Assembly: GCF_006345805.1 (NCBI RefSeq)
Contig: NC_043022.1
Span: 19,902,001-19,966,000, forward strand
Direction of reading: 5' to 3'
DNA length: 64,000 nt
DNA from: Octopus sinensis
Taxonomy: Eukaryota
Under the pieces are notes generated by a model. That model was not told where the DNA came from and did no database searches. It saw only the letters and a list, made by a program, of their open reading frames with translations. Position 1 is the first letter of the stretch, and each line of letters starts with the position of its first letter. The position numbers and the translations under genes are program-made. Positions 52,463-64,000 of this stretch are shown piece by piece.

Positions 52463-52592
52463 CTGCTGTCATCTTCTGAATCAAAGAAACTAGTAGATTC
52501 CAGATCACTACTGAGCATGGACGTAGATTCATAGATCTGTCGAGGATCTCTGTGGCGGTCATGTTTGGTGTGACCGTTGATACGAGGAATAC
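52463..52592 (-). CDS. dsh: Dishevelled internal exon (first visible): GIPRINGHTKHDRHRDPRQIYESTSMLSSDLESTSFFDSEDDS(R)
   Basis: tttcag|GT acceptor, AG|gtaccc donor; 130 nt, phase 1 to 2; matches the Dvl SSELE(S/T)TSFFDS motif; upstream DIX exons not found in the window. Confidence 0.93.
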
Positions 52593-53331
52593 CTGAAACA
52601 GAGTGCAAATTGGTAAACGACAGGTAAACAACAAAATACAGAAACAATGGATGGATGGATGGATGGACAGAGATAGACAGACAGATAGACAAGCAGATAG
52701 GTTGATAGACATACAGACAGACGTGTGCATGCATGTATAGATGATACTCCAATATAGCTTAACGCGTGATGGATAGATCAAACAAGAGAATATATCTGTG
52801 AGAGAAGGAGAGAGACAGAGACAGACTGACAAACAGAGAGAAAGAGAGAGAGAGAGAGAGTGTATATGTATTCTGATCATAATCTGAAAGGCCAACAAAC
52901 AAATCAACAGATCAATGATTAGACCCGTCAATAGATCAACAGGTCGATGATTAAACTGATCAATAGATCAACAGATATCGCATTTCATGGTCTAAAAGAT
53001 GCAAGGGCATTTTAGACGCATCCAATATCAGCTGCACATATCCAGGAATAAAAAAATGGTTTTCAGTGTCTTAAAGCATGTAATATAGATCCAGCTTCAC
53101 ACATAGGACCCAAGGTGGTATTTAGAGACTGCTTTTTTGGTAACAAAAGTGTGTTATATACCATCAGATATGGTAAATCAATAAATACACAGGGAGAAAT
53201 CAATTAATTAATCAACTCAAAAGAATCACATGTAATTTCTGACGGAGACTAAATGAAGACTAGACTTTTACACTTCCAAATGACAAGTTAAAGCAAAACC
53301 CTGTCTGCTCCATAAATCTTTTATTACCAAG

Positions 53332-53376
<45 letters not shown>

Positions 53377-54485
53377 AAAGTGTGTGTGCATGTATGTGTG
53401 TGTGTGTGTGTATATGAGAGAAAGTGTGTGAGAGTGAGTGTGTGAGCATATGTGAGGGAGTGTGTGTGTGAGAAAGAGTGTGTGTGTGAGAAAGAGTGTG
53501 TGTGTGTGAGAGAGAGAGAGAAAGAGTGTGTGGTATTATTTCTCAAGAGAAAATTCAAGAATTAGAAATTATGTTAAATGGTGGTGGTGGTGGGGTATTT
53601 ATGCAACAGAGGTTGTTAAAATATTTGATGGAGAGAGAAAGAGAGAAAAGGAAAGAGTCATTAAAGGGTAGAGTGGAAAAAAAAATCATGATTAATAGGT
53701 TTATATAAGGGTGCTGGGTAGATAATGAATGGCAAACAGAAATAAACAAAACAAGATAAAAAAAACCCAAAGAACAACAAATTTAAATTAGATAAGAAAG
53801 CAGCTTACAGAAGGTACTTAATTTTTTTTCTGGACTAGAATAAATTTTAAACTTGAACAAGAAAATTAATGTTTTTCTATTTTTTCAACAGAACTAGAGT
53901 CAAGTCAAATTTTAGAAAGGTTTGGAAGAGGGACTTTTCTTTTTTGTTTTGCTTTTAGGAGTTCTTTTTTTAATGGAAAGAGGCATATTTTTTTTGCAGT
54001 GAAACTTGGATGAATGGTAAAGAAAACAAATACAAGCATACATAATTTTTGGGTGTGTATTGTTTATAATAGATACTTTCGCAGAAAGTTTTTTCTTTGT
54101 TATCAATAAAATAAGATAGGGGACATCACATTATCCAAATGTTGAAACAATCATAAGGTGGCATGTAAGAGAACCTTCCGTTTCGCGACCGTTGCCAGCA
54201 CCGCCCCGTTTCGTGTCCGTTGCCAGCCTCGCCTGGCCCTTGTGCCGTGGCACATAAAAAGCACCATCCGTTCATGGCCGTTTGCCAGCTCTGTCTGGCA
54301 ACCTGTGCGGGTGGCACGTAAAAAGCACCCACTACCTCACGGAGTGGTTGGCGTTAGGAGGGCATCCAGCCGTAGAAACACTGCCAGATTTGACTGGGCC
54401 TGATGAAGCCTTCTGGCTTCACAGACCCCAGTAGAACCGTCCAACCCATGCTAGCATGGAAAACGGACGCTAAACGATGATGATG

Positions 54486-54516
<31 letters not shown>

Positions 54517-56544
54517 CGTGTATTTTGTATGTCTGTGTTTGTCCCCCCAACATCGCTTGACAACCGATGCTGGTGTGTTTATGTCCCCGTCACTTAGCAG
54601 TTCGGCAAAAGAGACCAATAGAATAAGTACTGGGCTTACAAAGAATAAGTCCCGGGGTCAAGTTGCTCGATTAAAGGCGGTGCTCCAGCATGGCCACAGT
54701 CAAATGACTGAAACAAGTAAAAGAGTAAAGAGTATAGATGGTTTGGTTTCTATGGTTGGATGTCCTTCCTAATACCAACCACTTTACAGAGAATACTGGG
54801 TGCTTTTTTATGGCACCAACACCAGTTGGATCACTGATACTGGCAAGATAAAGAATCCTCAAGTGGGGGGAGAGAAGTACTGAGGGAGGCGGATCGGTGG
54901 CAATTAAGGAGAGATTAAAAAGAATAATAGCAGGAGGAAATAGGTGTCTTGTTGAAGAAGAGATTCAAGGATACCCAAGTTGGAAATATAGAAAATAAAG
55001 TTGGAAACAGAAAGACACTTAGTGAGAAAAATAGGATGAGAGAAGCAGGAGAGATGGTGATGGAGATATGTCAAGATACACCCTAAAGGTATAATGGGTT
55101 GGTAAATATAGGTGAGGTTATACAGAGGATGGGACTGAATGTGTGGGTGGGGAAGGGGTAAGATGGTAAAATGTATTAAAATTGTTTTACGGCAACAATG
55201 GATACAGAAGCCATTGTAGTAGCAGTAAAAGTGACAGAGACAGACAGACAGACAAACGGAGAGAGAGGAGAAAGCACAATTGGAGTCAGATGAAGGTTTG
55301 AATGTAGAGGCATCCAACCTTCTACATTGTGGAAGCATGACATCCTGAAAGTCTTGCCATACCATGTATTAGTAATTCCATAATGCGAAACCTAATTTCC
55401 CCCCATTGACTGCTGTCTTGCATGAAAGGCAATTCATTTGGAATTCCATGGGAATATGTTTTACATTACAGAATTCCATGTTCTAGAAAAATTTCCAGGA
55501 ACACAGCATTTCTGTAATGTAGGTGGTGGTGATGGTTGAGGGGTGAGGGTCTGTTTTCTTATGACTGATTTCATGCCAATCAGTTAATAGGCCTTTTACT
55601 GAATACATTCACAAGAGAGAGAGAGTGTGTGTGTGTGTGTGTGTGTATGTGAGAAAGAGAAAATAATGTGTGTGAGACAGAAAGAAACAAAGATTGAGAC
55701 ACACTATGTCCAGAATCTGAACAAACAAATATATATATATATATTTGTGTGTGTGTGTGTGTGTTTGTGTGTGTGTATATATATATATGAGAGAGAGAGA
55801 GTGTGTGTGTGTGTGTCAAACAGCACCATCACGTATGTGTCTGGAGCAGAAAACTTCCGGCTGTTTTTGTTTTATAGGGTAGCAGTAGTAGTAGTAATAA
55901 AAGTAGTGATGTTAGCAGCAGCAGCTAGGTTTCAAGAATAGGTAAATGTAGGGTTGGTCTTTAGCAAATCTTCCCTTTCTTTCAATTGCAGATACTAAAA
56001 CATTTCCTGTAAGATATAACCTTGCAAAGTCTGTTAAGAAGTGATGCTTCATGTCACAGTCCGTTTCACAGAATCCTTTCACCACCATCACCATCCTCCC
56101 TTAAGAATAAATACCAACACTGGTCTCTTGAAGGACCAGTGCATTCACCAAGACATACTATCATTGTTGTTGTTGTTTAGCCCCAGGAAGGTAGTGATCA
56201 AGCAGTCATACAATGAAAGGTACACCAATTGCCATAACCAAAAAATTTGTCCCTTTTTTTCCTATTTATCATTTATCCTTTACTTGTTACAGTCATTGGA
56301 TTGTGGCCATGATCGGGCACTGCTTTGCAGGGTTTTAGTCAAACAGCAGTCACACAGACATAGATACAAATATTACTTATCCTATCGGTCTCTTTTGCTG
56401 AACCACTAAGTTACGGGGATGAAAACACACCAATATTAGTTGTCAAGCAATGATAGGGGGACAAACACACACATAACAGGCTTCTTTCAGTTTCTGTCTA
56501 CCAAATCCACTCACAAGGCTTTGGCTGGCCTATGTGTGTGTGTG

Positions 56545-56583
<39 letters not shown>

Positions 56584-59500
56584 TGTGTGTGTGCATGCAT
56601 TGTTTTGTTTCCATGCAAAATTATAGCAAAAACAACTTAACACTGAACAGAAGAATTACTCAACACTTTTTTTTCTGCAGAGTACCTATTTATTATACTT
56701 TTACAAGACGAGAGTTGACGGGGACTTTGTAGTTTCCGTCTGCTAGCCTCTGTCAGTCAGCTAGCTTTCATCAGACGGATCAACAAAGGCTAGCAACTTA
56801 AGTCACTGTCTCACTTCTTGTAAAAGCATAATTTATATATCTATTTCTTTACTGCCCACAAGGGGCTAAACACAGAGAGGATTGACATTGACATCAAATT
56901 GACATTGCTTGAACAGGTGCACAGTGTGCCATGTGCCAGGTATCAAGATGATTGCAGAGCAACATGAGATGAAGTGTTTTGCTCAAGAACACAACACACC
57001 ATTTGGTCTAGGAATTGAAATGCCTAAGTAATATATATACAGAGAGAGACAATTATGTAGATAAGCAAATTAAATATAACAGCTCATAAAGACATAGACT
57101 AAGTTTGAATCATTTGAGCACTACTAAATGTTTTCTATACTGAGAATCTCTGGATCTCATCTGCTGACTGTATATATATATTATATTAAATTAGAGATAA
57201 AACCACTATTAGGCAAATCATACAATGAAAAACATAAGCCAATACATAAGATTAATTAATTTATATTATTTTAAATACATATCACAACTATTAAAAAAAT
57301 GGACAGCCATGAAACAATCGTAGTGTTATACTAATTATCTTTTTTTAATAATTTTGATATATATTTAAAATAATATAAATTAATTAATCTTATGTATTGG
57401 CTTAGGTTTTTCATTGTATGATTTGCCTAATAGTGGTTTTATCTCTAATTTAATATAATATAATATTTTACTATAAAATTGGATTCAATCCTAAATCTGA
57501 TTTTTCCCTATAAGTTTGGATTTATTCCCTAATATTTTATTATATATATATATATATATATAATAGGCTTTCACAGTTTCCATCTACCAAACTTTACTCA
57601 TAATGCATACCAATTCAATGGCATTGTTAAAAAAAAAGAAGAAACCCTAGCCTAGGTTGCCATGCAGCATGATCACATCTGGTAAACTACACACAAGTTT
57701 GCAAAGCAAACATTTTAACTACACATGGCCATGTGCCCTAAGATATTACACAGATCTAAAATCAGAAAAGAACTCAGGATTTAAGGTAAGGAGGTCTATT
57801 TCAAACTAGAGATGGAAGGAGGGAAGGGCACTATAAAGCCATATTTTATAACCACAGAGGTAATCTGTTTTAGGCATTTTCAAACCCAGGAGATATTATC
57901 AGGGGAAGGGAGTTCTAACTTCTAGTAAGAGTTAACTGTATGTTAACTGTATACCTCAACTGAATCAGTAAAACACACACAGAACAACACAGTATCATGA
58001 TGTCTTTATCAGTGCTGAGCCATCTGTAAAAGGCCATCTGGAGCCTGGCAGTTACTTACACCAACAGTAAATCAGAAAGTGAAGAGCTGTTGTTTCAAAT
58101 CCCAACTATTCCGATTAACTACCATACAAGATATTTTTCTTCTGCTATCTTCTTGGTTCATGATGGAAAAGTTAACACACTCACATACACATAACACTCA
58201 CATAAAAACATACAAACATGAGTGTGGATTTATGTGAGACAGACAAACAGACAGAATTCATAGAAGTGCATATGCGGGTGAATATGAGTGGGTGCATATG
58301 TGTGAGTGAGAATGAAAATGAGTGTAGGGAATAAGAAAGAGAGACAGAGATGGAGTGAGAGAGGGGGAGGAGCAATTATGGGGGGGGGCAACAGTTTGAC
58401 AGTGTCAAGGTGTGCATGACAGCAACGATGCATGAGTGATTGTATGTTTGTGTATGAATGTGTTTGTGTGTGTACATGTGTATATAGGTAGACATAGTTT
58501 AACACCTTCATGCTACATCATCATCATCTTCATCATCACAATGGCAACCATTATCAGTCTCATCACCATAACAACCACCACCATCATTATTATTATCATC
58601 ACAACCACCACCACCACTATCGTCATCACCATGACAACAACCACCATCATCATTGTCATCATCAAAACAATGACTATTATTATTATCATCATCATCACAA
58701 CCATCACTGCTATCACCATTGTTACAACCAATATGATGATCATAACCATCATCGTCCTTACATTTTGCAAGTTTGATATTTATTCTATCAGTTTCTTTTG
58801 CTAAACTACTAAGTTACAGGTACATAATCACAACAATGGTTGTCAAGCAGCGATGGGGAAGAAACACAAACATAAAGACACACACATTTTTATATAGGTT
58901 TCTTTCAGTTTCCATCTGCCAAATCTATTCGGCCTGAGGCTATAGTAGAAAACACTTGCCCAAAGTGGGATTGAACCCAGAACCATGTGGTTGGGAAGCA
59001 AACTTCTTACTACACAGCCATGCCTGTGCCTCACAGTTTTTCTATGACTCTCATCATCATCATCATCGTTTAACATCCGTTTTCCATGCTAGCATGAGTT
59101 GGACGGTTCGACCGGAGGTCTGGGAAGCCAGGGGGCTGCACCAGATTCCAGTCTGATCTGGCAGTGTTTCTACAGCTGGATGCCCTCCTAACGCCAACCA
59201 CTCCATGAGTGTAGTGGGTGCTTTTTACATTCCACCGACACAGGTGCCAGGGGAGGCTGGCAATGGTCACAATCGGTTGGTGCTTTTTACGTTTAAATAA
59301 TTTCATGAACAGGCATATGGTTGAAGATATTTCTAATACATAAGAGAGAGAGACAGACAGAGAGAGAGGGAAGTTATGCTGTGACATTCATGCCTTCAAC
59401 ATACTTTTTATTAACTTAATTAAAATGACACTCTTGCCAGAGAAGAACCCCAAAACCTAAATCACATTCAATATTCTATTTTGCAAAGAAATAAAATAAT

Positions 59501-61114
59501 TGCTAATTAAAAGAAGAAAAAAATCATAATTAAATAGCAAAAAAAACAAGATCTTCAGAGAGAAATAGGAAAATAATACAAAATTAAAAAAATATAATAA
59601 CAGTTATTAGACTTCTCCTTCTATATGGAAATTTTAATCAGTGTTAATTAGAGGAATTTGACAAGAAAAAGAATAATTTTCAGAAGAAATCCAAAATTTT
59701 CATGGTACACTTGATTTATTATGAACTTTAATTACTAGACTGTTCATTTCATTTTTGTTTCACAGGCATGCTGTGAGTTAAAACAAAGTTGATGTGGGGT
59801 ATGTGAGGAGAAGGGAGTAATAACAGACACACACACACATGCTATTTACTTTGCACTCTCACTCAAAAGCTCTTTAAAAATACACAGGTTTCAGAAATCT
59901 TAGTGAATAGGTATGTAGGCAAGCAACATTGGAGCTTTGTAAGGGTCAGATCATAGCAATCAGTGTTGTGTAAAGTTCTCTGCCATGAAACGCCAGGTAC
60001 TGGAAATACTGCTGTGGCTGGGTGGTTAAGAAACGAGCTTTGTAACCAGATTTTGGGTTCAGTCCTACAACATGGCATCTTTGGCAAGTGTCTTTTCTTA
60101 TAGCCATTGGTTGACCAATGCCTTGTAAATTCATTTGGTATATGGAAATTACATGGAAGTCCAGAGAGTGTGTGTGTGTGGACACACACATATATACTGT
60201 ATTTACTGTTGTGCATATCACACCCCAGGTTTTCAGTTAATCTCAGTCACAAAATGGTTTTGGGTAAAAGAAAATAAAGAAGGATCAGTAATGATTTTAT
60301 TCAACATATTCCCCTCCCTGATTCACACATTTATTGTAGTTATCTGTCAGTTTTTCTAAACCTTGTAAAAGAACTCAGAAGATTGGGCCTCCAACCAGGC
60401 CTTTTGTGATACACTTAAAGCCAGGATCTTTTCAAAACCCCCTTGTGTGCGCGTGTGGATAGAGAGATAGATAGATAGATTGATAGATACATAGAGAAAT
60501 AGATAGATAGACAGACAGATAGATAGATAGACAGCTAGAGAGATATGTACATATGTGTAAGTGTGTGTGTGTAAAATTGAGCAAGTCTGTCTGTGTCTAT
60601 GTGAACATCATTAAAACTCGAGAACTATCCAACCGATTTCATTCAAATTTTACATATGCCCTACTTAGGGGCCATGCAGTGTCATGGGCCAAAAAAATTT
60701 TCAACTTCTTGCCTAATGTCAGCCTGGAGCAGTCTCTTATTCCTTACACTATTTCAGCAAAAGTATATATATATATATTACGGAGATGTACTTGCATAGC
60801 AAGTGATTTGATCTGAGATCGTGTGCTGAAACGAAAACAATTGCAGCGTGGAAGGTGTTTGTAAGCCATTTAAGAAACACACAAAAGCCGTTTGATTCAT
60901 ATATTGAGGTTATAAGAGATAATGGTGTCATTGAGACCCAAAGGTAATGCTGAATAAGTGCTATAGACAGACCATAGTTAAGTTCAAGAATTCAGTAATA
61001 TTGCGAATAAAGGGTTCAACGTTGGTTCTATGTCAGCGTGTGTGTATACGAATTTTTTGCGTAATGAGATAAAAAAAACTAAGGCCGTATAGATATTAGA
61101 GCATTTATAGATAG

Positions 61115-61166
61115 GTCTTACAGCTGTTTCTAGGATATTAATTAATAATATCCCTTCATCGGAGAC
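61115..61166 (-). ncRNA. Type I hammerhead-like motif with CCGATGA core variant, GUA site
   Basis: Minus strand GTCT-CCGATGA-A-GGGATATTA ttaat TAATATCCT-A-GAAA-CAGCTG-TA-AGAC; palindromic ACAGCTGT helix III. Confidence 0.68.
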
Positions 61167-61441
61167 GGTGTGAGAGGGAAAATTAAGTCATAGTTAGTTT
61201 CGATGTGATACAAATAGAGAGTGAGGTGGAGGAAAGAAAATAGATGTAAGATATGTATGGTTATTGAGTTCGTAAATCCGTTTTATAGGTATAATGGTAT
61301 ATATGTGTAATATTCAAATGTCCTTTGAGTAAAATCCAAAAGTCCAACAGAGTTTAATATGAGTCCATCCAGATATAGAGTTTATAAGCAATGTAAGATT
61401 CTCTTAAAGTTGATCATTCCCAGTAGGGAATTTTATAGAGG

Positions 61442-61472
<31 letters not shown>

Positions 61473-61568
61473 TATAAAAATCGTATATATATACTATATA
61501 TAATGACATACATGTATATACATATACATACATGTATATATATATAGGTTATATATACATATATATAC

Positions 61569-61599
<31 letters not shown>

Positions 61600-61734
61600 A
61601 ATATATACATCTTATATGTATATATACATATATACATACATATATAAATATATACATATATATGTATATATATACATATATAAATATATACATATATATG
61701 CATATATATACATATATAAATATATACATATATA

Positions 61735-61778
<44 letters not shown>

Positions 61779-62645
61779 TATACATTTAAATATATACACA
61801 TATGTAAATATATATATAGACATATATAGATAGATACATACATACATATATTTAGTAAACGAATAGTGCAAGTGGATTCTGTAGTCTTGTTTATTTAAAC
61901 ATGGTATTTAAAAGAAGTGATATCATTTACACACACACACACACAAAGGGAATGAGTAAACTATGTGATGGTAGTAGCGATAACTGTAATAAGAAAGTAG
62001 TGATAACATCACCGCCATTACCCTAACACACACACACAGTCACACACATTCGCACGCATACATTGAGAGAGAGAAAAAAAAAAAGAAAAAAAACAAGCAG
62101 CAGAAGATATAGTGATAAGAGGGATAGTGAAATTACACTAAGCAGAGGTAATACATACGTTCCTGAGCCTGAGTTTGAATGGATGGATGGGTGCAAAGAT
62201 GAGGATAGATAAAGAAAGAGAGGCAGGGAGAGAGATTTCCTGAAAGACAGGCTGGCAGACAGAGGAAAAGGAAAGGCTGTTCGTTAGTGTATTAGGCAAC
62301 GTCTGCAAGAGAGCAGTAGGTAGGTGAATGGGGTGGGGTTGGGGAAACCATAGGTGTAGTAATGCAAGGGTGAATGAGCCTAGGTAAAGCTGACTAGGTT
62401 ATGTTCAGCTGCCTGGGATATCACTGTCTTACACACACACACAGGGAATGTGTGTGTGTTAATATAATACAATATAATATACATATATACACATATTACG
62501 TATTATATTAACACATATACACATGCAAATTTGAGTAAAATCCAAAAGTCCAACAGAGTTTAATATGAGTCCATCCAGATATAGAGTTTATAAGCAATGT
62601 AAGATTCTCTTAAAGTGGTCATTCCCAGTAGGGAATTTTATAGAG

Positions 62646-63651
62646 TAATATATATATATATATATATATACATATATATAGAGAATATATATATATATAT
62701 ACATATATATACATATATAGACTATATATATATATAGACATATACATATACATATATATATATATATACATATATATACATATATATATAGATATATATA
62801 CAATATATACATATATATATATACTATACAGATTATATATATATACATATATATACATATCTATATATATATACATATATATATATATACATATTTATAC
62901 ATATATATATATATATATATACATATATATACATATATATACATATATATATATATATACATAGATATATATATATATAGATATATACATATATATACAG
63001 GATATATATATATATAACAGATATATACATATATATATATAATAATATATACATGTATATATATATAGATATATATACATATATATACATATATTATATA
63101 CATATATATACATATATACATATATATATATACATATATATACATATATATATATATACATATATATACATATATATATATATACATATATATATATAGA
63201 TATATACAGATATATATATACATATATATATACATATATATATATACATATATAGTTATAATATATACATATATATATATATACATATATATTATATACT
63301 ATCATATATATAGTAATATATATATACATATATAATATATTACATATATATAGTATATATATATATACATATATATTATATATACATATATATAGGAATA
63401 GAGATATATCATATACATATACATATATATATGTAATATATAATATACATATACATATATATATATAATATATATACATATATACATATATATATACATA
63501 TATATATGTATAGATATATATATATATAGATATATACATAATGTATGTATATATATATATATATATTATATACATAATATAGTATTATAATAGAATATAT
63601 ATATACATAGATAATGTATATATATATATATACATACATATATATGTATAT

Positions 63652-63684
<33 letters not shown>

Positions 63685-63881
63685 GTATATATATATATTA
63701 TATATACATATATATATGTATATATATATATATACATATATATATGTATATATATATATACAAGATATACATATATATACATTATATACATATATATACA
63801 TATATATATATACACATATATATATATACATACATATATATATACACATATATATATATACATATACATATAATAGATATA

Positions 63882-63912
<31 letters not shown>

Positions 63913-64000
63913 CTATATACATATATATACATATATATATACATATATATATATATACATATATATACATATATATATACATATATATATACATATATAT
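62646..64000. repeat. TA-rich microsatellite array over 1.3 kb, running off the window
   Basis: Direct inspection. Confidence 0.97.

Noticed and set aside
54399-54430. CTGATGA-AGCC ttct GGCT resembling a hammerhead
   Set aside because: No GAAA or helix III; a mutated copy of repeat family C (CTGGTGCAGCC).

Overview
AT-rich, microsatellite- and SINE-dense eukaryotic DNA. The repeat landscape looks like Octopus (coleoid cephalopod), which is an inference. One host gene dominates: dishevelled (dsh/DVL) on the minus strand. Ten coding exons (52592 down to 10037) splice in frame with GT-AG junctions into 1610 nt encoding the basic/Ser-rich region, PDZ, the PVRPIDP linker, DEP and the C-terminus ...[16 protein letters not shown]. 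The DIX exons lie beyond the right edge. Downstream on the same strand is a 5'-truncated, frameshifted Neptune-type Penelope-like element (RT plus GIY-YIG). Introns hold R4/Dong, RTE, mariner, hAT, piggyBac and tRNA-SINE relics. Nearly all other ORFs in the track are microsatellite or antisense artefacts. Main unexpected signal: a set of type I hammerhead-ribozyme motifs in small cassettes embedded in (TA)n arrays. Two are intact, unrelated in sequence and convergent on opposite strands within the 19-kb last dsh intron (14197-14303 + and 14655-14740 -). Two more carry a CCGA core variant (5267-5301 and 61115-61166). The dsh-sense ribozyme lies between a candidate in-frame alternative terminal exon (19609-19793, ending SSGL*) and the canonical last exon. 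Also noted: a candidate cassette exon, a minisatellite built from a real splice donor, and three long intronic fold-backs.
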